Below the pieces are notes generated by a model that was not told the origin of the DNA, searched no databases, and was given only the letters and a program-made list of their open reading frames with translations. The position numbers and the translations under genes were made by a program. Positions 1-8,611 of a stretch of 60,022 bases of DNA are shown here, piece by piece (within the stretch, counting starts at the first letter, position 1; every line of letters starts with the position of its first letter). Source of the stretch: an uncultured Verrucomicrobiales bacterium (GTDB lineage: Bacteria; Verrucomicrobiota; Verrucomicrobiia; Limisphaerales; JAYPXF01); contig CALBIE010000023.1 in NCBI GenBank assembly GCA_937893495.1, forward strand, positions 1 to 60,022, written 5' to 3'.

Positions 1-1784
1 GTCTCCGAAAGCCCGTTTCGGGAACTGGCCAAAAGGATCAATAGGCTTCGCACAGCCTCTTTGCCAAATTCCTCCTCCAGGCGTTCAAGAACCTGTCCGA
101 ACAGGTCCGTAACTGCGTCGGCTCCCTTCGGGAATGCTTCAATATGAGCATTGAGCTGCTCGTAGGATCCAAATCCACGAAGCTCCTCCAATGCCACCAG
201 AAGAAATAGCGGATTCACTGTCGCCGGATTCTTCAACAGCAGTTGGACCTGACGTTCATCAAGCGTCTTGGCTGAGAGAGATGGGATTTCATGGATGATT
301 TGCGTGCGCTCCTCGTCGGTCAACGGCCCTACTTCAATGCTTTGATGGGGAATATGTTCGAATGCCTCCAGAACGGATTCCTCCCGGTCAGCGTCGTTAA
401 TGCAGCTGCAAACCAGTTTTACGTGGATCGGCAGGTGACGAGGCAGCCAGTTGACGGCATGCGCATTGTCCGTCTCGTCCAACTGGTTCAATGCGTCGAT
501 CGCCACCAGGATTTTTTGGCCTACGGGAACTCGTCCAAGAAATTCGCGAAACTGATCGACGAGCGTATTCGTCTCCTGTGCGATCTCTATCAATAGATCC
601 TGCTCCTTCCCATCCGGCTGTTTCACCTTTTCTGTGAATTGAAACTTCCCGTGCAGAATCGAGCAAAACCGATGCAGCATCTGCCTCAGATTCGTCGAAC
701 CGGGACTGGCACCGACGAAGTGGGGGATTACCAACACGTTGGGATTCTGTTCCCGATAGGTGGTGGTAAACCGAGCCATCGCCGCTGATTTGCCCGAACC
801 GGAGGGTGCGGTCACCAGGCACGGATGCGCTGCGTCACCGTTGGCGAACTCGATGAGATCGTTCAGTAGTTTCTCCCGCCCGACATACACCCGCAGCCGG
901 GATTCCATGAAGCGTTCGTGATAATCGGCTTCCTCAGCGAGCGGATCGGTTTCACCCAGTTGTACCGTCGGTGGCGTGTCGGAAAGTTTATGCTCGGCCT
1001 TGATGACATCCCAGATTTGTCCACGAATCCGTTCACCAAACTCCTCCAGCCCTTCGAGACATACGGTTCCCTGCCGATCCGCGAAGTCCCTCAGGTGCGA
1101 TTCCAGAGTGGCGTATTCCTCAGAATCCACGATGCCGTCCTCGGCAATTTCATGCAACGCCTTCTGGTCCGCTGCATCCAACTCCATCTTTACCAGGCGC
1201 CAATTGATACGCAGGCCACGGTAGCGACACGGATAGTTCTCGAAGGGCGCAGCCGGCAAATCCGCTTCTCGAATGGCCTGTTTCAGTCTGTTTAACTTTT
1301 TTTCAGCAGCCGAGTCCTCGGACTGCATCACGGATTGCTTGGCTTCGGGGACCTGCTCGACGAACGCCGGATCGCGGAAGTAGAAGAAGGCCCGGCTGCG
1401 CATCTTGTGCTTTTTGAGCACACCATGGAGAATTTCCAGTTCGGTAAGGCTTTTACCGGTCTCGTGCTGAATCCAGCCATAACGGGATACCGCGCTCTCA
1501 TCGAACTTCTTTGGTACAAAACCGTAGCGTTCGCCCAGAATACCCAGGAACAAGGGTCGGCACTCGTCCACCTGCTGCAGGCAGAGGTCCAGCACCTTGT
1601 CGTTCTCCGACTGTTCCTCGGTCAGACCCCAGCGCAGGTCGATGTCCACCAGGTGAATGCGATACTTCTCCAGCCGTTCACGCAGCGCGGGAAACACCAC
1701 CTTGACCAGATGGTCCCGCTCCGAGTGCATGTCGCTGAAAGTCGAGGAGATGAAAACCCGAACCGTTTTCCATTTCGTTGCCAT
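1..1784 (-). CDS. STAND-type P-loop NTPase with N-terminal DUF4062 (TIR-like) domain; 3' end runs off the window
   Basis: ATG at 1784-1782. Hand translation gives MATKWKTVRVFISSTFSDMHSERDHLVKVVFPALR, the DUF4062 signature. Walker A APSGSGKSA lies near 790-815. The ORF track lists no ORF in this minus frame, which fits a frame open to the window edge. Confidence 0.8.
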   Translation of the reverse strand, partial: MATKWKTVRVFISSTFSDMHSERDHLVKVVFPALRERLEKYRIHLVDIDLRWGLTEEQSENDKVLDLCLQQVDECRPLFLGILGERYGFVPKKFDESAVSRYGWIQHETGKSLTELEILHGVLKKHKMRSRAFFYFRDPAFVEQVPEAKQSVMQSEDSAAEKKLNRLKQAIREADLPAAPFENYPCRYRGLRINWRLVKMELDAADQKALHEIAEDGIVDSEEYATLESHLRDFADRQGTVCLEGLEEFGERIRGQIWDVIKAEHKLSDTPPTVQLGETDPLAEEADYHERFMESRLRVYVGREKLLNDLIEFANGDAAHPCLVTAPSGSGKSAAMARFTTTYREQNPNVLVIPHFVGASPGSTNLRQMLHRFCSILHGKFQFTEKVKQPDGKEQDLLIEIAQETNTLVDQFREFLGRVPVGQKILVAIDALNQLDETDNAHAVNWLPRHLPIHVKLVCSCINDADREESVLEAFEHIPHQSIEVGPLTDEERTQIIHEIPSLSAKTLDERQVQLLLKNPATVNPLFLLVALEELRGFGSYEQLNAHIEAFPKGADAVTDLFGQVLERLEEEFGKEAVRSLLILLASSRNGLSE

Positions 1785-1924
1785 GGGGAATCTGATGGGA
1801 CAATGCCGCCACCGGACATCGGGGGCCAGTCAATTCATGGCGGCTTGATGTGGGACGGATTTTCACCTGATTTTGGCGGCTGGACGCCGTTTGCACAACC
1901 ATCACCGGAAACGTCTTAGCCGGA

Positions 1925-3109
1925 TTACAGTTCCAACACACCGCTGGCCGGAATTCCGCGGAGAACCTCCCGAAGACTGGCGACCCTGACCGAATCGGAC
2001 AATGGGTAGGAATCGCCATCTGGAACAACATAGCAGCCTGAGCCCGCCCGGACGGTTTTCATGCTTTCGGAGAACCCGGACGTCATCTTCGGTGACAAGG
2101 TCCGCTTGATTTCAATCGCGATGGTTTCGCCCCGGGGAGTTTCAACGACCAGATCAATCTCCGCGCCCGCGTGCGTCCGGTAATGGCTGCACGCGTGGCC
2201 CGTTGGGAGTCGGGTGATAATCTGTTCAATGCAATAGCCTTCCCAGGAATGGCCACAAAGCGGATGACCGAACACCTGTTCGAGGTCATGGAGTCCGGCA
2301 AGCGTGTGCAGCAGCCCCGTGTCGCGCCAGTATACCTTTGGGGCACGGACAAGGCGTTTGCCGGCGTTCCGGTTCCAGGCGGGAAGTGAGCGGAGGAGAT
2401 AAAGGCCTTCCAGGAGATCGATGTATCGTCGGGCGGTCTTTCCGTCGATGCCAAGTGAACCGGCAAGTTTGGCCAGATTGAGCGTGGCCCCCTGCTGGTG
2501 CGCGAGCATCGAACAAAAGCGACGCAGTTGAAGCGGCGCGGCGGCGACGCCCAACTGGGGAAGGTGCCGCTCCACGTGGCTGGTGATGAAATCCTCACGC
2601 CATTGCGTGGAAACCGTGTCGTCGGCCGCCAGAAAACTTTCAGGATATCCGCCGCGAAACCAGTGACGATCCCTCGTGGAGTCGTCCGATTCCAACTCGG
2701 CCAGGCTGAATGGGTGGAGTTCAAGGTAACTGATACGTCCGGCGAGGGTTTCCGAACTCTGTTGAAGCAGGTCGGGTGAAGCCGATCCGAGAATGAGGAA
2801 TTGAGCCGACTTCTCACCCGCGCGACGACGCTCATCCACCAGACTCCGCAGGACGGGAAACAATCCCGGCAGACGTTGAATTTCATCGAGGATGACCAGT
2901 TGATCCGGGAATCGGCTGAGATACAGCTCCGGGTCGGCAAGTTTGGCCGCATCTGATGGCCGTTCCAGATCGAGATAGTGGGTCGGCTTGTCCAGTTTGA
3001 GGCCCCGCGCCAAAGTGGTCTTTCCAACCTGGCGTGATCCCAGAAGCGCCACGACAGGGACTGCCGCCAACGTCTCTTTTACGGATGATTCAAGTTCGCG
3101 GCCAATCAC
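1925..3109 (-). CDS. AAA ATPase (AAA_14) with C-terminal DUF4143 domain
   Basis: 394 aa with a GTG start. P-loop is LLGSRQVGKTTL and Walker B is LVILDEIQ. The C-terminal GAEIDLVVE...IAIEIKRT resembles a D..ExK nuclease-fold motif typical of this family. Confidence 0.85.
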   Translation of the reverse strand: MIGRELESSVKETLAAVPVVALLGSRQVGKTTLARGLKLDKPTHYLDLERPSDAAKLADPELYLSRFPDQLVILDEIQRLPGLFPVLRSLVDERRRAGEKSAQFLILGSASPDLLQQSSETLAGRISYLELHPFSLAELESDDSTRDRHWFRGGYPESFLAADDTVSTQWREDFITSHVERHLPQLGVAAAPLQLRRFCSMLAHQQGATLNLAKLAGSLGIDGKTARRYIDLLEGLYLLRSLPAWNRNAGKRLVRAPKVYWRDTGLLHTLAGLHDLEQVFGHPLCGHSWEGYCIEQIITRLPTGHACSHYRTHAGAEIDLVVETPRGETIAIEIKRTLSPKMTSGFSESMKTVRAGSGCYVVPDGDSYPLSDSVRVASLREVLRGIPASGVLEL

Positions 3110-3110
3110 T

Positions 3111-3150
3111 TACATTGAAATTAGGGGATTAATTCCTCAATTTCAATGTA
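3111..3150. promoter_or_regulatory. Perfect 12-bp inverted repeat (tacattgaaatt N16 aatttcaatgta), AT-rich, directly upstream of the AAA/DUF4143 start
   Basis: The arms at 3111-3122 and 3139-3150 are exact reverse complements. The 16-nt spacer is itself partly palindromic. It sits 2 nt upstream of the GTG at 3109. Confidence 0.45.
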
Positions 3151-3207
3151 ATATTATCAGCAAATCAAACTGGCACAAAACGCTGTTCCAGATGGTTTGT
3201 TGGCATT

Positions 3208-4992
3208 TTAGAGTTCCACGCGACTGCGCGTAGACCCCATCAGCTTGGGAATATCCCGGATATGGGCACGGTCCTTTTCCTTGTCCTCTTCCGACAGCTT
3301 ATCCCACGGGACAATGCACTTGTGAGTCATCTGTTTCTTGTCGGTCAGTTCGCCGTAGCTGAATCCCTGCAACACCTTGTCCGCCATCCAGCGGTCATGT
3401 TCCATCCGGGCCAGGGCCTCCATTTGTTCCTCCAGTTTTTCACCGGTCGGGATGCCGTCCTTGTCCCGGCCCGTATCGCAGCCGACGGTGAGACATTTTA
3501 TGATGATGTGCTCCGCAGCGGCACGATTGGCCTCCTTGAGATACTCCGGAAGTTTCTGCCACGATTCCCGGGCGGCGGGATCGGTCGGTGAACGATTGCC
3601 TTCCATGAAATGAATGTGAATCGCCTGGGCCAGTCCGTTTATTTTCGTGCGACAAATGGCCGGCAACGAGAACGTCTCCTGAAACAACCCGAATCCATTC
3701 AGGTTTCGCAGCGGGTCCTCTTTCTTGCGATTGTCCACGAGGAATTTGTTGATGCCGGCTGATTGGGTCAAGCGAACGAAAACCCGTATTTCGTCCTCAT
3801 CGGCGTGACGGATCATCTCGTTGATGTCGATGGCCAAATCGAGACTTTTGGCGTCGGTCTCGCGGCAGACGATATGCGTCAACAGCTCCCCATCGGTCGC
3901 CAGCAATTCCTGCACGGCCTGGCGGGCAACGCGACTGCCCGGGGCAGCGGGAATCACCTTCAGATCCAGCACCCGCGAACACCGGCTCAGCCGTTCGTCG
4001 GTAAACCCGTCCCCCTCGGATGCCGAATAATCATCAAGACAGGCATCAATCAGGGTGACACGGGTCTGAAGACCGTTGGCAAAATGGGCCAGTCGGGCCA
4101 GTTGAAAAAGAATGGCGCGCCCCACGGTTCCAAACCCGTGAATGACGACGTGCGCCCGTCGTTTTTCATCGGATGCGAGGGGCAGGCATCCTTCACTTTT
4201 ACGGGCCAAGGCCACCATCTTTTCCCACAGGTCGCGCGCGGCGGCCTGACTGATGTTGGACACACCAATCTGGAGATTTGCCCTCGGCTCCAGATACCCG
4301 GTATGAATCGGAATGAGATCGCTCAGTTTGAGATCACTGATGCTCAGGTAACAATCCAGCCGATCCAGCGCGCCATCCTCAGCCGCCTTGAGGCGTGCCT
4401 CCACGATGGCATGAACAATCTCCAGGTTGACGTTGTCATCTCGCGTGAAGACGAACGCTTCTTTTGCCTGAAGGATACCGGCCGCGAACAACGCGGAGGG
4501 GTCGGCGGCATTTCCCGTAATCAGGCTGATGCCTTGTTTCTTGCAGGCAGCCAGCACATCCGGTTCCGGATTGGAATCAATTGCCGCAACGGTTTGTCCG
4601 GCTTCGGACCGATCCAGGATCAGGAATCGGCCGCGCTGGCCCAGACCACAAACAACCGTGTGACCGTGCAATCTCCGGCGTCGCATCCGTTCGTGAAATC
4701 TCTCCAATAGAACCAGCGCTCCCTGAAGGACCGCATAGCCCGTCAAGGCCGGCGCCAGGAACCGCGCAATGTTTAATTCCAGGGGCAACAACTGTGAGTC
4801 CCCGACTCGTAACTCCATCAGGAACAGGCTCAGGGTATTGAAAATGGCGTCATCAATTTGGAGTGGGCCGCCGGGTGGCGGGAGCATGAGAAAACCAACC
4901 AGCCCCATGCTGAACGCGGCGACGGCAAGCGCGCCGAAAACGAAGGGGAGAAAACCCATCAACCGCCGCCAGATACGTCCATCAAAGCCCAT
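3208..4992 (-). CDS. Membrane protein: N-terminal TM helices, two Rossmann (TrkA-N/RCK-like) domains, C-terminal RyR domain
   Basis: 594 aa. N-terminal hydrophobic helices are present. Gly-rich Rossmann loops are VVCGLGQRG and IHGFGTVGR. The C-terminus EALARMEHDRWMADKVLQGFSYGELTDKKQMTHKCIVPWDKLSEEDKEKDR matches the RyR (PF02026-type) consensus. Confidence 0.8.
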   Translation of the reverse strand: MGFDGRIWRRLMGFLPFVFGALAVAAFSMGLVGFLMLPPPGGPLQIDDAIFNTLSLFLMELRVGDSQLLPLELNIARFLAPALTGYAVLQGALVLLERFHERMRRRRLHGHTVVCGLGQRGRFLILDRSEAGQTVAAIDSNPEPDVLAACKKQGISLITGNAADPSALFAAGILQAKEAFVFTRDDNVNLEIVHAIVEARLKAAEDGALDRLDCYLSISDLKLSDLIPIHTGYLEPRANLQIGVSNISQAAARDLWEKMVALARKSEGCLPLASDEKRRAHVVIHGFGTVGRAILFQLARLAHFANGLQTRVTLIDACLDDYSASEGDGFTDERLSRCSRVLDLKVIPAAPGSRVARQAVQELLATDGELLTHIVCRETDAKSLDLAIDINEMIRHADEDEIRVFVRLTQSAGINKFLVDNRKKEDPLRNLNGFGLFQETFSLPAICRTKINGLAQAIHIHFMEGNRSPTDPAARESWQKLPEYLKEANRAAAEHIIIKCLTVGCDTGRDKDGIPTGEKLEEQMEALARMEHDRWMADKVLQGFSYGELTDKKQMTHKCIVPWDKLSEEDKEKDRAHIRDIPKLMGSTRSRVEL

Positions 4993-5037
4993 GGTGGAGT
5001 CAACTAACAGAATTTGACGACAAAAGCCAATCTACGA

Positions 5038-7014
5038 TCACGAGGGAGAAACAATTGGCCGATCCAGGAAAACAACTCGCCAATCGAGTGATTCGTTCAC
5101 CAGCAACTCGGCGACATTTGTGGTCAGGGCGGTCACTTCACGGGAAGACGGTGCCTGACTGGTCTCCGCCGACGCCTCGGAAAATTTCTTCCTCAGCTCA
5201 ACGACTTCCTCAAGAATCTGTTTAAGCTGTCCAACCATGGCATGAGAGCGTTTGGCGATTCGTCGAAATTCGCCCTGATTGTTGATACCGGCAAGGGCCG
5301 CGCCCAGCGCCGGGAGGAAACCACAAAAGAAAGTCAGCAGCGAGGGGAGCCAGGGTGGGAACGACTTGTCAAATCCGAGTGATGGAAACAGCGGAAGCAC
5401 GTGAATTCCGCAGGAGATAAGCGTGAGTGCCAGAAGGGTCACGCCGAATGAATGCAATCGATGCTCGATGTTCTCGCATCGCCGTGCCGTTGACCCATGG
5501 TAATCAACCTGACGTTCCAGAAGTTCAGCCGATTGATCCAGTGATTCAACCAGTTGTTTCGAATCGAGTCGGGTGGACGGCAGACCAATATCACGCTCAA
5601 CCGCGCGAATATACGAGGCAACCCAGGTTGATTCCGGATGATCATACTCTTTCAAGTGCCCTGCCGTTGGGGGAAACGGGCGCTGACCTCCCAGCGGGGC
5701 GACCAGTCGCAAATGCCGCACAAATTCCGCGGCGATCCGGTAGTCGAGCCAGCGTTCATGCCAGCGCTTCCGTCGTCCGAAATGGACGAGTCCAAGAATG
5801 GTCAAGATGATGAATAACTCAGAGACAATGCAGACGCCCTCAATCCAGTGATGATGCCCCTGTTGGCCGATTCCAAAAGGTAACAAGGCCATGAATACCG
5901 CAGCAGCAGCCAGAAGAAAGGCGAGGACAAACGCGCTGCGATAGGTATCCGAGTAGATCACCGCGAGCTTGTCCGGCCACGCGTAAAACGGGCGCAAGCG
6001 GTTGACCACCTTTGCCGCGGGTGTGGATTCGTCGCGAGGCCACGCGTATTCCACGGATTCTTCAAAATCCGGGACTGACAACGGTGGGATTCCAACTCGG
6101 TTGTTCCCGACAAAATCGCGAAAACATTTCCAGACGATGGCCGGGTTAAAAAGTGGTTTTCGCTCCGAATAAAAGTCACGAATCGTGAGTAGCGACCGCG
6201 CGTTCTTGGGTGGCCCGCCTCGCCCCTCTTGTTCATCGATGTCGGAAAACCCAACGGTTCTTTGAATGAAATCCTTAATGTCCTGCGGATTCTGATCCGA
6301 AGACGGAGTCACACGGCCATTTTTCGATTCCGGCAGCAACCTGCCCCCACAAACGACTTGCCACGAATGAGGCGAATGGCCATCGATCCACACTGTGGGG
6401 ACGCCCCTGCGAACGGCTTCGTCCAGTGTTTCCTCCGTTCCGCCTCGTTTACCAAGACGCTCTCCGTCCCATACCACAATCAACAAGTCCGCCTGATTCA
6501 ATACTATATTCCCTGCCGCACCATAGGCGGCACCTGAATCATTCCGGCTACCATCCAACTCAAATTTTCTCAGGCTGGATTTCCTGCTCGCCGATTCAAG
6601 GAGACTGCGAAAGGAATTCAACGAATCCGGTTCCTCTGCCCGGTCGCCAATAAAATCCTTCTCGTATTCCTCCTGATGAAACGGCATCGGAACACAGAGT
6701 TCGTAATCGAGTTTGAGTGCCGCTTTGGCAAAAATTCGGTCAGTCCCTTCAGCGAGAGGAGAAACGGCCCGGAGCACGGGCTTCGAATCATCGAATAAAT
6801 CACTTTGCTTGTCGCCGAGTCTCACGACTTCCTGGTGAATTGCATTCAGCATGCTGGCGATTACCTCCTCAAGCCTGGTCGTGTCACCTGGCAGCCGGTT
6901 CGGGCGATGACCGACGACCCCGACCCGGAATACCAGCCGTGGCTTGGGCGGTCGTCGTGTTTTGGAGTATTCCGCTTCCATTTGTCCTCGGTGAATAAAG
7001 CCTGATCGGAGCAT
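5038..7014 (-). CDS. SLOG (YpsA/DprA-like Rossmannoid) domain fused to SLATT/DUF4231-type 2TM modules (4 TM helices)
   Basis: The N-terminus has VGVVGHRPNRL and PLAEGTDRIFAKAAL (GHRP and GxDxxA SLOG-type motifs). TM pairs lie at about aa 362-414 and 524-578. The first pair is followed by RWHERWLDYRIAAEFVRHL, which is DUF4231-like. The track start at 7020 is TTG; ATGs occur at 7014 and 6981. Confidence 0.7.
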   Translation of the reverse strand: MLRSGFIHRGQMEAEYSKTRRPPKPRLVFRVGVVGHRPNRLPGDTTRLEEVIASMLNAIHQEVVRLGDKQSDLFDDSKPVLRAVSPLAEGTDRIFAKAALKLDYELCVPMPFHQEEYEKDFIGDRAEEPDSLNSFRSLLESASRKSSLRKFELDGSRNDSGAAYGAAGNIVLNQADLLIVVWDGERLGKRGGTEETLDEAVRRGVPTVWIDGHSPHSWQVVCGGRLLPESKNGRVTPSSDQNPQDIKDFIQRTVGFSDIDEQEGRGGPPKNARSLLTIRDFYSERKPLFNPAIVWKCFRDFVGNNRVGIPPLSVPDFEESVEYAWPRDESTPAAKVVNRLRPFYAWPDKLAVIYSDTYRSAFVLAFLLAAAAVFMALLPFGIGQQGHHHWIEGVCIVSELFIILTILGLVHFGRRKRWHERWLDYRIAAEFVRHLRLVAPLGGQRPFPPTAGHLKEYDHPESTWVASYIRAVERDIGLPSTRLDSKQLVESLDQSAELLERQVDYHGSTARRCENIEHRLHSFGVTLLALTLISCGIHVLPLFPSLGFDKSFPPWLPSLLTFFCGFLPALGAALAGINNQGEFRRIAKRSHAMVGQLKQILEEVVELRKKFSEASAETSQAPSSREVTALTTNVAELLVNESLDWRVVFLDRPIVSPS

Positions 7015-7163
7015 GACCAAACTGGAAATGGGTAACCAGCAAATTCAGTCAGAGATCAACGCAAGCGACATCCCTTGCCGGTTTGACACGAGTGGAGAGC
7101 TTGTGGGACGGTCACCCGACCAAGTAGCGAGTGGGATCTGTTCAACCGGTCATTTCATCAAAT

Positions 7164-8579
7164 ATGCTGATACGAGTAACCTGCGAATGTGGACAAAGTT
7201 TTCACATCGATGATGTTCACAAAGGGAGCCAGTTCGAATGCTCCGAATGTGGCGAAAACCTGACGGCGGACGGCGAGTTGATATCCAGCCACGATGTCTT
7301 TATCAGTCACTCGACCAAGAATAAAACCATCGCCGACGCGGTTTGCGCGACACTGGAAGCTCACGGAATCCGTTGCTGGATGGCGCCGAGAGACATCAAA
7401 CCCGGCGCTGATTGGGGGGAATCAATTCTCGATGGAATCGAGAACTGTCGCCTGTTTCTTCTGGTATTTTCCTCGCACGCCAACGACTCGCGGCATGTGA
7501 TGCGCGAAGTTGAAAGAGCGGTTAACAAAGGACTGTACATCATTCCTTTCCGCATTGATGATGTCACGCCTTCCAAATCGATGGAGTACTTTCTGAGTTC
7601 CCAGCATTGGCTGGATGCGATGACGTCTCCCCTGGAAAAACATCTTGAGGAGTTGGCCGGGATCATCGCCAATCTGCTGGAGGGAAACCAAGGCTCGGCG
7701 AAGGGCCCATCCGCGGAAAATACTAAAGTCGCATCACAGCCAAAACGCACCAAAAGCAAATCGAAAACCATTCTGGCGGCCGTATCCCTTTTCATCGTGG
7801 TGCTGGCTGCGGCTCTGGTAATTCCAAAGTTTTTTAAACCTGCTGAAAAAAGTCCTCCGGGAAACTCATCGACACCGGTGCCGAAAAAAAGCGCATCTGA
7901 AACAAAGATACTCGAAGCCCTCGACAAGCCGTTCAAGACTTATTTCATTGATACGCCCCTCAGCGATGTTGCGTCCTGGATTGCAGATGCATTCAAGGTC
8001 AACGTGGTTATCGACAGGGCATCACTGATGTCAGAAGGATACGATATTGATGAGCCGATTACCATCGATCAGAAAGAGATTTCCCTCCGGTCCGCTCTAA
8101 ACCTGATGTTGGACGCCGTTGGCGGGGGCTTGGATGGCGGGTTGAGTTTTGTCGTGCGGGATGAGGTTCTCTTGATTACGACCAAAAACTACCGTGATTC
8201 CGTGGGTGCCGAATACCTGGCGCCCAAGCCTGACAAGATTGAAGGACCGGTCCCGCAAAAGCTGATCGATTCGCTGAACAAGGCGCATTCTGAGGAGTTG
8301 GTGGATTATCCCCTCGAAGAACTCCTGAACATGTATCAAGCCAAATACGGATTGGCCTATTCAGTCGATCCAAACTCCTTGGTGGCAATATTGAACATGG
8401 GCGCCAATCCAATGGATCCGGTGACCCTGAAGGTCGACAACATTTCTCTCCGATCCATCCTTCGTTTGCTTCTCCTTCAAGTTGAAGCCCGATACGAAAT
8501 TCGCAATGAAGTCGTCTATATCATGGACTGGGAGGAACCGGCGACCGACAAGAACGCGGTTATGAAAAAGGCGAAATAG
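7164..8579 (+). CDS. Zn-ribbon + TIR domain + single TM + two STN/secretin-N-like repeats
   Basis: The N-terminus carries CECG...CSECG. The TIR_2 pattern is DVFISHSTKN..GIRCWMAPRDIKPGADWGESI..LFLLVFSSHANDSRHVMREVERAV. The TM helix is ILAAVSLFIVVLAAALVIP. The C-terminus has two repeats of a ...ISLRS(A/I)L.L.L...V..EV..I motif. ATG at 7164; the track start at 7131 is GTG. Confidence 0.85.
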   Translation: MLIRVTCECGQSFHIDDVHKGSQFECSECGENLTADGELISSHDVFISHSTKNKTIADAVCATLEAHGIRCWMAPRDIKPGADWGESILDGIENCRLFLLVFSSHANDSRHVMREVERAVNKGLYIIPFRIDDVTPSKSMEYFLSSQHWLDAMTSPLEKHLEELAGIIANLLEGNQGSAKGPSAENTKVASQPKRTKSKSKTILAAVSLFIVVLAAALVIPKFFKPAEKSPPGNSSTPVPKKSASETKILEALDKPFKTYFIDTPLSDVASWIADAFKVNVVIDRASLMSEGYDIDEPITIDQKEISLRSALNLMLDAVGGGLDGGLSFVVRDEVLLITTKNYRDSVGAEYLAPKPDKIEGPVPQKLIDSLNKAHSEELVDYPLEELLNMYQAKYGLAYSVDPNSLVAILNMGANPMDPVTLKVDNISLRSILRLLLLQVEARYEIRNEVVYIMDWEEPATDKNAVMKKAK

Positions 8580-8611
8580 TTCGGACAGGGAATTTTTTCG
8601 CACGGATTACC

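Noticed and set aside
3208-4992. Possibility that the TM + RCK-like + RyR protein is a K+ channel
   Set aside because: I could find no TVGYG-type selectivity filter or pore-helix signature between the N-terminal hydrophobic segments. Only the RCK-like Rossmann similarity supports the idea.
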